Shown here one piece after another: positions 23,815 to 36,402 of a stretch of DNA of 64,000 bases. The DNA is from Catajapyx aquilonaris (Eukaryota), in assembly GCA_000934665.2 (NCBI GenBank), contig KZ538187.1, positions 1 through 64,000 on the forward strand, given 5' to 3'. Position 1 is the stretch's first letter, and the number at the start of each line of letters is the position of its first letter. The position numbers and the translations under genes were made by a program. Under the pieces are notes generated by a model, which did no database searches, was not told where the DNA came from, and was given only the letters and a program-made list of their open reading frames with translations.

Positions 23815-25633
23815 TCTAAGCAACCGGCTCCGATACTCTCCTTTTCTTGTCTTCCTTCCAGCTGCGATGGGAAAGGAGGAACAAGGTCACGGCAATCTTC
23901 CTCATTGCCCAGACCAGCATCTTTACCACACCAACCTGATTTCCGCTTTTTTTCCTCTCTTTTTGTGCTTATTTTTCTACCTTAGTACTCAGCAACAATA
24001 TTTGGTCGTCTATGAGGAGATACCGGAAACGAGATGAGGTTTTATTAGCAACCTGAGACCACATGTGTGCCCAATCAGCATTCGAGGCAAAAACCACCTG
24101 TCCGGACCGGTGATGAGTCAATTAAAAGAGCGGGTTTCAATTGTTCGGAAGATGCAGATGTCAAGTGTCACTTTCTCTGAAGTCGAGTTTCATACGTGTC
24201 GATTATTCGCGATACATTGCAGCGAATTCGGACAATGACTGCGGAAATATTGTCGGTTCCAATCATATTTTTTGTGGCAGTAACATATTGAATTATTACA
24301 ATAACTGCCAGGACCTTTAATGCTGCAGGTGTAGATTGTTTTATGACAATAATGATTAGTGTGACATGTGCAAATATATGAATGCGATAAGACGGGTGCA
24401 TAAGATTCTGATGACAAGAGATTCAAAATATTATCCGATGTGTCGCATTGCGTAATCATTGTTATCGCAATGCACATAATTATGTATACGCTGTATGTCA
24501 CCTCATCAGTCAGCACATACATTATCTTCACATACATTTTAGATTTCATTGTAAATGCAGAATGGCCATGAACTTCTTATTGTGCAATGAAGTCGGCAAT
24601 GAATATTGCGAATCAATAGCTGCTCCAGTGTGTAAATTTCTTAAATGACGCCATAAAATAATGCATATCGTGAAAGACAAGTATAAAGTTTCATTTCTAG
24701 TGTATGTAGTGCTGGATCGAGGCTTGCTTTTGTTGCCTTGTTCACCCTTGTTGCTACTATATAGAGGTGCCTGCGAAATTCATCGCTGTAACTTATTTAT
24801 TAGCAAGACACGCAGATTGTAAATGTCAAAATTTGAGCAGAGCCTGACAAATTGCAGGTATGTATAACTTGCAGTAACTATGAGTAAGAATTTGGAATTG
24901 TAAAAATAATAAGTTTTTTTTAAATACTAGAGATATTAAAATGTTTGTTTTGGCTTTAATAATTCTCGTTGTCTTCCCATTCCTTCCAGTTCCATTAATT
25001 TTGATTAATTTCCATTCCATTCAATGCAATTCACCATTAACGTCAGAGCCATTCATTAGACTCGTCATTTCATTAATTTTATTGCTCATTTTCTTGTGTA
25101 AATTCGCTTTCTTCAATTTAATTTGAAATCATTTTCTTCCTTCCACCGCTAATGACCCCTAACTAGTGTGTGAAATTATTGTCGTTGTTATTCGAGGGGT
25201 GGATAAGTTAAAAAGTTTGCCTCCCAGTCCTTGGAGAATGTGACGTCAGAGAGAGGATAGTAAGGTTACATAGGTTATAAAGTATGTAGGATTGTAGGTC
25301 CATAGTAAGAAACAATGGCAGTTGCAAACTTGCAATGGACAGTATAGTTATCATCACTCATGATTAGTTACATTATATGAGGAAAAGCCTTTCTTTGGGT
25401 GACAGTTCCATTACGGTTTTGGGTTACTGGCGGTGACGTATTTAGGTTTTTCCCCCATCTAGGCCTTATCTGTCTCCCCCCCCCCCCCCTCGCCCCACTC
25501 CTGGTTGATTTTTAGGTCCGAGATTGAAATTACGAAATTTGTGTATTTCAAGGCCAAAAATCTGGAAAATTGTTATTTCAAATAATTTGAAATTTTGGTT
25601 ATGGATACACAGTCTACTATTTACAACAGAACT

Positions 25634-26153
25634 AACTCTTCTGACCCTCCTAAATTTTGAAATTTTTTGGATTTTCTAATTCTGCTTGACCTATAGTGTT
25701 GTGCAAACCTCACCTCTGCTGCCAATTTTCACGTTAGCAGGGTCAAAATACAAGCCAAAGACCGAAATTTCGAAGCCACAACACCTGCATCCGGTCGCGG
25801 GTGGCCGGTCGCCGGTCCCGGCTGGCCGGTCGCGGGTCGTCGCGACTGATATCAGGGATATGCAAATTATTGCTTAAACTTGATTCGTAAATTACTACAC
25901 AAAATCTATTCCGAAGCGTGTGACGTCACATTCTCTTGCTCGCGCCACCCTAGACCTAGAGCACGCTACAGTCCCGGGGACCTGCGACCCGCGACCGGCT
26001 GCTACGTGTTGTGGCTTCGGAATATCGCATTTTGCGCTTTAGCTTGTATTTTGACGTGAAAATTAGCAGCCGAGGTGATGTTTGCACAACATTATAGGCC
26101 AAGCAGAATTAGAAAATCAAAATTTTTTCAAAATTTAGGAAGGTAAGAAGGTT
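25634..26153. mobile_element. Foldback/MITE with ~170-bp imperfect inverted arms
   Basis: Left arm cttctgaccctcctaaattttg..ttctaattctgcttgacctata..gtcaaaatacaagc..ccggtcgcggg is mirrored by cccgcgaccgg..gcttgtattttgac..tataggccaagcagaattagaa..aatttaggaaggtaagaag. Confidence 0.8.
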
Positions 26154-26967
26154 GTTAGGAAAATCCTGAGAATTTCATGTCTAGACCAGTAAGGGCATCG
26201 GGCGAATCATCTTGGGGCGGCACATGAACGGTGACATAATTATTTTCGCACGCATCAAATTTTCTCCTCGATAGAATTTTCCGCCTCCATGACATTTGCG
26301 TAACACCCCTGGTTACGGGAGGGCATAAAGTGGCAATTACTCTGTACAATGAAAACTATATAGTCACACGTGATGAAGCAAGTTAATCCGGACAATGGAC
26401 ATTTAAGCATTTAAGTATTTTTTATCTGGCAGCAAATATGTACACGTAGATCCGACCCTGCCTATAGATTGGTAAGAATGAGAGCAATCAATACATTCAA
26501 TAGCGCTCAAGCACATTCAAGTTCGCCGTGCTATTGTCTGGATGCACGTGACTGTAAAACAACATTCCCTTACTATATTAAATTACCTCGAGGGGGTAAC
26601 CACTTCCTGGTGTACAGAGTCCCTGTGGAACCTGCCTGGAACCGGCTTATCGGAACCGAGTGGAACCACCTGGTTCCAGGAACACTTTTTCGGGGAGTAT
26701 AGGGCTAGTTACCCCCTTGAATTACCAGTCATATTCACCTTTATTACTCTCAACCGTAGCTATGTAATCAACTTAAAGTACGCCTTAATTATTGCACCTT
26801 GTTCTTATATTAAACTTTTAATACTGTGTATAATGACACAAAATAATTGCAATTATTTTCACGCAGAATTATAATATTTTAAGAGGCTTAGTTTGCCAGG
26901 GTCTAAATCCTCGCCAAATAACAATAGTATTTTTTAAAAATTACTTTGAAAAATACTACCCTGATTC

Positions 26968-27210
26968 GCCACACGGTGGCGGAGTGGTTAGCGCCGCAGC
27001 CTTCCACCTCTAAGGTCCCGAGTTCGATCCCCGGGTCGGCCGGAGGATACTTATGTGGATAGAGTTTCGATGGGTTCTCTCCGAGTTCGAGTGGGTTTTC
27101 TCGGGGTTCTCCTGTTTCCTCCCACAATCAAAACCCATCACAGCGCCTAAGGCAATGATTAAAGTCGGGTATTTAAAAGATGATCAATTACTACTACTAC
27201 TACTACTACC
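26968..27210 (+). mobile_element. tRNA-derived SINE with V-domain core and (TAC)n tail
   Basis: A box tggcggagtgg, B box gagttcgatcc, V-core gtgggttttctcggggttctcctgtttcctcccaca, (tac)n tail, imperfect TSD accctgattc/accccgattc. Confidence 0.85.
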
Positions 27211-27762
27211 ACCACCCCGATTCTGCCTATTTAATTTTAAAATGCATCCCCGCCGTTCGTCCCCTGTACAATGTGACATATTATTGCGCACTTGCGAATA
27301 TTATTCTTGCTCACGAGAATTGGGTCAATTTGTCCAAACGTAACCATCATCATCGGTTCTTCCCCACGAATACAGTACCCCGCTTTAAAAAAAAAAAAAA
27401 AAATCAATGCGGAAACGCCACTTATCTATCTATAGCATGCTTTTTTGGCATTTCCCGACAAGTTATCAGACACTTTCCCTTATCAACTCATTTTAGTTCA
27501 TTTCATATTTGCACATTTCCAAAATTAGATAAGTGTTTCCTCACTCTAACCACCTGCATCTGCGCAGGTTAAGTGCACCGCGTGACAATAGTCAATACGA
27601 GCCAATATTTTGCCAGCAGGCATGACATACGCACATTGATATCCATTCATTCCAAAACATGCCATTAAGATTCCGATTGCATTACCCTCGAGGGTATAAA
27701 ACCCTTTCACGTGAGCGTTACCTCATCTGGCGCGAATATTCGCATTGGGCGTAAGTGTGAGC

Positions 27763-27773
27763 GGGGAATCCCC
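27763..27773. promoter_or_regulatory. NF-kB/Rel binding site upstream of viperin
   Basis: GGGGAATCCCC, 331 bp before the ATG. Confidence 0.6.
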
Positions 27774-28026
27774 TCGCACCGGGTCTGAAATTGGCGGCCG
27801 AGCTCAATGCCAAACAGCATGAGTCAAAAACAATGTCAGTGCACTTATGCCACACCATGCCTATTAATGACATAAAATGTGCCCATAAAATTTTAATCAA
27901 AAATCGACTGAAAAAGTATACGCTTGATCCATACCCCGTATTTTCCTATCATAAACTCCTATCCAACGCCTCACTTGAAACGGTATGTACGTTGTGGCTC
28001 ACTCTGTACTTGGCAAGCCCGCGCAT

Positions 28027-28038
28027 ATATATAAAAGG
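28027..28038 (+). promoter_or_regulatory. TATA box of viperin
   Basis: tatatataaaag about 70 bp before acc-ATG-g (strong Kozak context). Confidence 0.65.
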
Positions 28039-28103
28039 ACGCGGTTTGGTACTACGCCATTGCTCTTTCGGATTTGAACTGTTCTTCAGCAGTGGCAGCG
28101 ACC

Positions 28104-30427
28104 ATGGAGGAAGTGACCTCTAACACAACCTACCAGTGGAACCTGGTTGACTTCATCCCCAGTTTTCTGGTGGGAATACCAATATTAGGACGTTGGTCAG
28201 TCATCACTTTAGCGACAGTGGCCATCATCTTCACCGCGCATTACATAACCAGCAAGTCCAGTTCGGAGGTGGTGGTGTTGAAGGCCCGGAAAAAGGCTGA
28301 CCGGAAGACATCGCGGAAGAAGACCAGCAATGACGGAGAGGAAGAATCTCCAAAGTTGGTACCGATCAGCGTCAACTACCACTTCACTCGCAAGTGCAAT
28401 TACAGCTGCGGGTTTTGCTTTCATACCGCTAAGACATCGTTCAAGTTGCCCATCGAGGACGCCAAGAGAGGTCTAAGAATGCTGTTGGATGCTGGTAAGT
28501 TTGTTTATGGTGTAAGAAGGGTTCAAATGTGGTCGTTAGTTGAACAAATATTCTAAGTTGCTGGACATTGCTCATTGAACATTGTTGCTGCACAGCCTGC
28601 ACTAATTGGTGGGTTCCAACACCTTGTCCCAATGAGCTCATATTTTATGTGATGGTTTGATGATAATTGTCATCCTTAATGTTGCTAGGTATGCAGAAGG
28701 TGAACTTCTCTGGAGGAGAGCCTTTCATTGAAGACCGTGGTGAATACTTGGGGCAATTGGTGCAATTTTGCAAGGAGGAGTTGGCACTGCCCAGTGTGTC
28801 CATCGTCAGTAATGGAAGTCTGATTAGAGAGAACTGGTTTCGCAAATACGGTATGATAAATGTGGTCATCGGCTGAGATGACAACTTCAAGTAAGTACAT
28901 TTTGTGCCTTTCAGGTGATTACTTGGATATTTTGGCAATTTCGTGCGACTCATTCCATGAAGAGACGAACAAAGTTATTGGTCGGGGTCAGGGGAATAAG
29001 AATCACGTGGAGAAACTGATGGTCATCCAGGACTGGTGTGTCAAGTACAAGGTTGCCTTCAAGATCAACACTGTGGTCAACACATACAACAAGGATGAAG
29101 ACATGAATTCTGCGATTCAACTTCTACAGCCAATTAGATGGAAGGTAAGTTATCAAAAAGTGGTGTGTTATGCATAATTATTCTGAACACACACATGCTT
29201 TCAGGTCTTCCAGTGTCTCTTGTTGGAGGGTGAAAATGTTGGACCAGAAGCACTTCGTAATGCAGAATCCTTTTACATAACTGACGAGGAATTCCAGACC
29301 TTTCTGCAAAATCATAGCGAAGTTACCTGCCTGGTCCCTGAGTCCAATGTTAAGGTAACAACAACAAAATCTTATATGGACAATCATGTTCTCTCATTAG
29401 TCTCATATACACAAGCAGTACATAGAATACAGTCACAGTTAACTCACCTAAAATGGGCCGCTGCCTTTTTGATAATGAGCTGTCCCTACTATCCTGCTCA
29501 CTTAATAAGCAAGTGAACTTTGTGTACCTAAGGTGAAGCCCTAGTACAAGAGCAATCACCTTCAGATCTCCACAAATATGCCAAGAATACTTCTCATACT
29601 TACACATGAACCACATCAAATATGAGGGGCCCACGGGGGTGTCCTAATCTCCAATCTTACACCCAAAATAGAGCTCGTATGAGACTTGAATATTAATTCA
29701 CCACCCATGTAACAAAAATTGTCGGATGCTTTATACAACTATGAGGCATTTAATGTTTTGCTCACTAGATCAGGCTTGACACGAAAAGAAATGGTTTTAA
29801 ACAACAAAGAGTATGAAGTACCCAACAGGCTGTTTTCAACATGTATTCAGTTACCAAAAATTTGACCCTAGGACAAACTCTGACCTCACAGATTTTATAA
29901 AAACTGATGTTCCAGTTGCCTTACTCTGCTTATAAGGAAATTTAATCACTATAAGCAAGAGTGCTATAAGTTAGTTAAGAAATTAGCATGGTAGATATAT
30001 AAATGAAACACTCACCCTCTTGTTGCTGGGATACTTTCCACTCGCGTCTGAATCAATGACTCGGTTCGGCTCAAGCATGAAGTAGTCTTGATCAAGTTTC
30101 ATCATTGGGAATTCCAGTGATACCTTTCCCAACCAAAATAATTGACCCCTCTTTCTTCTCACTTGACAGATGCAAAACAGTTACCTCATACTAGATGAGT
30201 ATGTAAGTAAACATATTTTGTGCACAGTAAACAATAAAATTACAACACGTTTATCTTGATAGATGCGATTCCTGGACTGTCGCAACGGGAAGAAAACGCC
30301 ATCAAGATCTCTGCTGGATGTTGGTGTTGAAAATGCACTGAACTACTCGGGGTTTGATGAGGACATGTTTTTTAAGCGTGGTGGAAAATATGTGTGGAGC
30401 AAATCAGACATGAGGTTTGAGTTCTGA
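28104..30427 (+). CDS. RSAD2: Viperin (radical SAM ddhNTP synthase)
   Basis: Exons 28104-28494, 28689-28850, 28915-29144, 29205-29354, 30170-30202, 30263-30427. Motifs [92 protein letters not shown]. Confidence 0.97.
29440..29900 (-). mobile_element. DNA transposase remnant (probably Chapaev3/CMC-type) in viperin intron 4
   Basis: Minus-strand fragment [33 protein letters not shown] resembles the WxICGDLKV..LLG.Q.GYTK..CFLC.WDSR transposase motif. Family assignment is from memory; boundaries approximate. Confidence 0.55.
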
Positions 30428-30655
30428 ATATTGGACAACGTCGGATTTTATTCATTACATGCAGATGTTTCAGTTCATTATATATTGTCATCAGTAAAAA
30501 GTTCCTGTCATTGCACTTTTTAGAGGGGAATAGGAGAAACTCTGAAACAATCCATTTCCAGCTAACAACTTCACATGATCAAATTTAACACAACCGATTA
30601 ATCTCAGTTTCTGACTTAGACTACGACTAGTCTCTCACAAAAAAATTTAACTGAC

Positions 30656-33600
30656 TCACTTGTCCTTCCCCCTTATGTAAGATTCATCAAACATTTCCAA
30701 CTCCTGTATCAGGAAGTTGGCTTTGTTTCGTAGCACTTTAGCAGCTGCCACTGTCTCGTCAAGCATCTTCAATTCCTTCTCAAGATTGCCAATCTCGGAC
30801 TGCATCTCCGTAGTGGCCTCATCAACCAAGTAGGAAAGTCGGGCCATCGTGCTGGAAAGTTCTCTGCAAAGGAAGTGTTCAATTGGTTTACCAGCACGTT
30901 CTTCTGAATTCCTTGTTTAATCCCCTACCAAGTTTTATTCAGCATTATTGCATCCATGTACAGAGTAAAGTGTGAAATGGAATATCTTTGGCTACTACTG
31001 CAGCATAATGACCATGGCGTAGCTTATACCCGGTTTTGCCTGCCTGCATTGAAGACACCAAGAAAAGTCTTTCGTCTCTCAAATATTTTCATGAGATGTT
31101 GAGACACAAAAATTATTATGCTCATAAATGCACTTGCACTGTTCAAATTCAAACCCCAGTGCTTACCCTCAGGTTTGGAATAGTTATTTTGAGAATTATC
31201 TGTACAATTCCAATCTTACGGTACATAGCTCAATATCATGTGTTTCACTGCCTCAAAAAAGTCAATGCCAGGCAAGAGTGGAAGATATGACCATGCAGAT
31301 TTAGTATTCGCTCAATGCGGACATGCAAAATATGGTTCTAGTCACTAAATTGAAAGTAGGCGTTGAAAATGTTGTAGCTAAAGTCATTATGCTGCAGTTG
31401 GTGGTGGAAATTCATGAAGCACTTTTTATGTTCGAAATGTACGTATTTACTGGATGCACTTACTTGTCACATTTAAGTGTTTTGTAAATTGGTACACTGC
31501 ACCATATCACCTTGCATTGCAAATTACTGTAAGTTTCTGTGTCAGAATGTCCAGTGCTCCAAGTATGCATGGTCACAAATTTCACCCAGATTTGTGCCCC
31601 TACCAAGATGCCCAATTATTCTCAGACGTGGTTGAACATCGCAGGTGCTACATAATTGGGTACCTAGTTCGGGGCACAAAAAGCTACACAAAAATAACAA
31701 CTTGCAACATTTGCAATAACTACAAGGACCTGAATACTGAAATACACTGATTCACTCGGCATAGAGTTGGTGAATAGACGGTGCAATTTGCAGGACACTG
31801 TTGTAAATTACAAGTGTGACTATGACACATTATCACAGTGTAATTTATTCAGTTATAATGGAGGCATTCCATACTCCAACTGTATTGAAATATATTTCGT
31901 TAGAATATATTTGCATAAAGCCTACATTTATTAACGATTGCCAAGTGTTGCATCACATGAAAAAAGGCAGGTACTTACTGTTGGACTTGATGACTGCAGT
32001 TGGCAGAAGTGAGATCAACAATCATCCTCAGCTTTCGAGTAACGTAGTCAACATACTGTCTCTTGAAGGATCTCTCTTTGGCCTTGTTAGTCCAGGTGAG
32101 CCTCTCGTACAGGTAGAGACAGCCATAGATCATGCCTGTCACAACTATCACTCGCCAACCCACTGTTTTAAACAACTGAAACATTGAAGAGACAAATGTC
32201 AAATTAATGCAATAAAAGACACCCTAAAGGCCGGTATCGACGTGCGAGTTCCTCGTATGCGAGTCCTCTTACGCGAGAAATCTTGTACGTTGAGACGGAC
32301 TCTTTTTTGCCTCTGGGCCCCTCTTGTCCCTCGAAAAGGGGATTAAAGTTGAAAATGTTCAACTTTTCCTCGTTCCTCGTATCCGGGCATGCGCAGTTGG
32401 CTCCTCGTATGCGAGAAACCTCATACGTGGATACCGGTCTTAACAGGAAGGTCACACATGTGATGGCAGCAAAAAAAATATATTGGCATATTACGTGGGA
32501 CATCTTGCAATAAACTTCTGAGGGTTGTTTCTGAGTCTCTGGCAACACCTCTGGAGTTTTATAAAATTCAACTTCAATTATGCTAAAATTAGTAACTTGT
32601 CAAAATAGTCCCACTCCTAATCTCAAAAACCACCGCAATTTTCACGCATCTTCCAAGTGACCAGAAATGAAACTTACAAATCCACCAATGATGAGGCCTC
32701 CCATGGTGCCCTGTGACGTGACAGTCGCAATGGCCACCCTGGTCATCAGGGCCCAGTCGCTCTGACCAGGACCAGTCGAAACTGACAAGCAACTGTCACC
32801 AATAGGTGTCATTGGGGTTGATGGTTCCCCACCACCCATTCCGCTTGATGGGCCAGGCATTCCTGTAGGAGCGGCAGATGAGGTCCCTCCGGTCATAAAG
32901 GCAGCAGCACCACTCCTGACCAGCTTTCCAAATAAGACGTTGATTCCCAGGGAGAAGTGGAAGTCAACATCTTCTTTAAAGTCAGAGCACAGGTTATCGC
33001 AGTTGAGCCTGTAGAGAACCTCAAAAGGCTCACGACGTGGCAGAAGGTTAAGGGACAGCTGCTTCTTGTCAGATGGGAGCAATGACGACATTCGTTCAGC
33101 CATTTCGCGTTGGGAACTTTCGATGTTAGCCGCTAAAGTGGAACTTAGTCGTGCCCTCAGGTTACTCCCGAGGCCACCTTCCACATAACAATGCAACTCT
33201 CGCTTGTATACATTAAGCACCAATGGGTCAGGATGGAATGGCATGCTGAATTCCTCCACTAAAACAGACAGGCGGCGTATTTCTTCACTTAAGGCTTTGG
33301 ATACCTTCTGGTTCACATCTCCTGTCATCTGACAGATTTTCTCCTTCATCTCTCGTGTTAATAGCTCCAGCTGCTTCTCAGTGAAATCCAACTTGTCCAG
33401 AAGCTCTTTGCGTGCCTCATAGCTCTCGCTACGAAGCCTCTGTGTGGTCTCATAGACTCTATCCATAGCTGCCCGTACTTCCTGAGAGATGTGTCTTCCC
33501 CGTTGGGAGTGCTGCTCAAATTTCGTTCGCACTGCTGACTTGGATATACACTCCTCAAACTTTCGTTCAAAGTCTTGGAACTCAAAGTAGCGGTTGGGGA

Positions 33601-36402
33601 ATCCATCTGCGATTGCGCCAGCTGTTGTGGGATGACAAAAGGTTAAAAAGGTCAATTGAGATCATGTCAGATACAATCAACTGTCTTCATAAAACTAGGC
33701 ATTTCTTTGGTCATTACCCAACTGATCACATGATTCAATAATTTCAGCTATTCACTTTGGATTATTCCATTACTACGTACATGAGGCAAATTTACAAAGG
33801 GGTGCAAATAAGATGTGCACTACATGGCAAGAACAATTAACTGCAAGAATTGGGGCCACATATCTTAGACGTGCATCAAATTATGACCGAAAAATTCAGC
33901 TCCAAAACTTATTAATTCATCAATAAATCAGAGTACAGACTGTGGGCAGGCAATCCCTTCTGCTCCTGAAGCCTCCCTTGCAGTGCTTCCTTGGCGGACA
34001 CAAAGAATATCCTCTCTTGTGCTTCTTCCCTTTTACACACTTTCAGCTCCTTGACTAGAAAGTCCATGTCCCTGTCCACATGTTGAGACCGAACCTAGCA
34101 GAATAAAAAGTCAGTATCATTATACAATCCAAGTGATTACAAGTCCCACTTGGGCCTCCTCCCAAGTTTTTCTGCAAAGTATTTCATTGTGCGCATCTAA
34201 AGCAGCTTGAAGAAAAGGGATATCAGCAAGCACTATAATTATTCCCTATTGCCACCAACTCAACATTATGAACAGTAATGTGAAATTTGTACCAGCCTAC
34301 ATATTGGAACCTTTTTGCGAAGTGCCTGGGATCGCAGGCAGAGGTGACTGGGAGGACATGTTCGAGGTGCAAGTCTTAGCTCAGTCATTTTGTGACTTCA
34401 CCTAGGAGGTTAGTCTCAAGGAATCCCACCCAAGACAGAGCCAGAGACGACCCAACTCTGCACGAAATAAAAGAGGGGAATGCCCGGGCTAGGGACTGAA
34501 CCCACTCCTTCAATCCGTGGGAGCATACACATTACCATAGCACCACTCCGCCTCCCAAGAATTATAATGAAAAAACTACTCTCACTATCAAATAAGTAAC
34601 CCAGATGCGGTGGCCTGCACAAGAAGCAACGAACTAGTATACAATTGCAACTCTACTTGCAACTTTCAGACATTAAAAATCCAGAATTACCTGATCCTGT
34701 TCATTTTGCAGCTTGTGACAAGAAATGTGGGGGACATTAAGACAATCGGAGGAAGAACTTACCACCTATGCTAACATGCTAGGTACTATACAAAAAAAAA
34801 AAAAAAACGTCAAGAAGAGCCTATTTAAGAATCAGCTATAAAGAGGGACCTTTTTCATGCAAAACAATTCATCCTTCAATGTTTACATTACACTAGGAGA
34901 AGTACATTGATATAAGATTCAAAAATTTTCACAACATGACTTACCTGATCAAGGTAATCTGGCTCAGTTGCAGATGCATCCCAACGATTATTGAGTATAA
35001 AGATATTTGGTTTCGACAGTCGGGTCGACACTTTGTGAAAGAAGTTCTTCTCCTGAAAATTAAATGTGACGTCCCCAAATTGCATTTTAAAAGTCAAATA
35101 AGTCAGCGGACATGCTGCAGTAATGAAGTGCCACACCAACATAGTGGTTGGTGATAGTCGCTAACTTCCTCATATATTTCATTTACACTCTAAGGTGCTG
35201 TTGAGCTTAAACAGAACAAAGCTCTTGTCCACAAACATCAAGTTCATGCATATTTGAAGCTACAATTCAGTGACATACATAGTAAATTTAATTATTTAAT
35301 TAAACCTTTATACTTACTGTGACCATAAGAGTTGATTCTGCATTTGCAACAAGTACAAACACATCAGCATCGAGGCAATGCTTGTCAATCCATTCATCCA
35401 GATTGGGTGACACATCAATTCCAGGAGAATCCACAAAGACCACATCATCCCTCAGCAAAGGACATTTATTCTTTGGCCAGAAGACACGGACCAGCGAACT
35501 CTCGCACAGCTTCTGATCACAGAGGGCATGTGCCAGTTGGCCCACAGACTGTTGCAGAACAAATAATAATAATAAGAAGTCAACTTCTCTGCACCGCAAA
35601 TGCCACAACAGAATTGCATGACATACCTTGACATTAAGCTTGGCGTCAGATCCTTCTGCAATGAGATAGGCCTCTCCATTTTCTGACCCCTCCACTTGTA
35701 GGAAACAGTTTGTCGTGTGTCCAATACCGCTTGGAAGGATCTTGTCATGGAGCATGGCATTTATTACAGTGCTCTTGCCATTACTTGTCCTGTGAAGCAA
35801 ACATTTGCATAAGTCTATTGCTATTGCATGTTTCTTGGTGAAAATAAAATGCGATATATTTATGGTGAAGTATGCATACACTGGACTATAAACATGCACA
35901 TTGGTCAAGGGACCATGACATTTGTAATCAAATGGCTACATCCAAAAAATTTAGTTACCTTCCAAAAAAAGCAACCTTCATGTGATCCCTGGCCAACACC
36001 TCCCTGATTCCAGCCACCTTCTGCACATACCCATCAACCTCCTTTCCATCTGCTTCACTGATGATCTCTTTGTCCTTAGGAATATCTGCAAGCATAGCCC
36101 ATCGTAAAATCCACTCTTCATTATCTAGCATAAAAACAGCATAATCCCAACTAACTGTGTATAAATCGAATTGCATCCTTAACGTAGTCGTCGATGTCGA
36201 TGTAGATGCTGTTGATCTTCTGCTTTGCCTTCACGAATATCTGGAGCGGGGACGAATTGGAAACGGATGTTGGCGTATCTCTCAAAATAGGCCTCGGTGG
36301 TGGGGGCTGAGAGGGGGCGTCACCTCCACCCAGGGGTCGCCCCTGGGCAGATGAGCCACCCTCCACCAGGGCCGAAATGGAGCGGTTCAAAAGCGCAGCC
36401 AT
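30656..36402 (-). CDS. MFN: Mitofusin (Marf/MFN) mitochondrial fusion GTPase
   Basis: Exons 36402-36156, 36085-35959, 35789-35627, 35548-35318, 35052-34945, 34094-33941, 33621-32678, 32175-31979, 30863-30656. Motifs [57 protein letters not shown]. Confidence 0.97.
32228..32440. mobile_element. PIF/Harbinger (Tourist-like) MITE in a mitofusin intron
   Basis: taa|aggccggtatcgacgt ... acgtggataccggtct|taa. Internal cctcgtatgcgag repeats. Confidence 0.75.
34300..34556 (-). mobile_element. Degenerate tRNA-derived SINE in a mitofusin intron
   Basis: Minus strand shows tggtgctatgg (A-box-like) and gggttcagtccc (B-box-like). 3' boundary uncertain. Confidence 0.5.

Noticed and set aside
24190..24648. 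Cys-rich or hydrophobic short ORFs upstream of ALP
   Set aside because: No recognisable family or convincing splice structure. A small secreted peptide gene cannot be excluded.
26968..27045. tRNA gene
   Set aside because: It continues into a V-core and microsatellite tail with a TSD, so it is a SINE head.
30016..30046. Antisense micro-exon in a viperin intron (ag...gtgagt)
   Set aside because: Splice-like words alone, with no partner exons.
35549..35626. 26-aa insertion in the mitofusin GTPase domain implied by the ORF track
   Set aside because: It is a 78-nt GT-AG intron that happens to be in frame.
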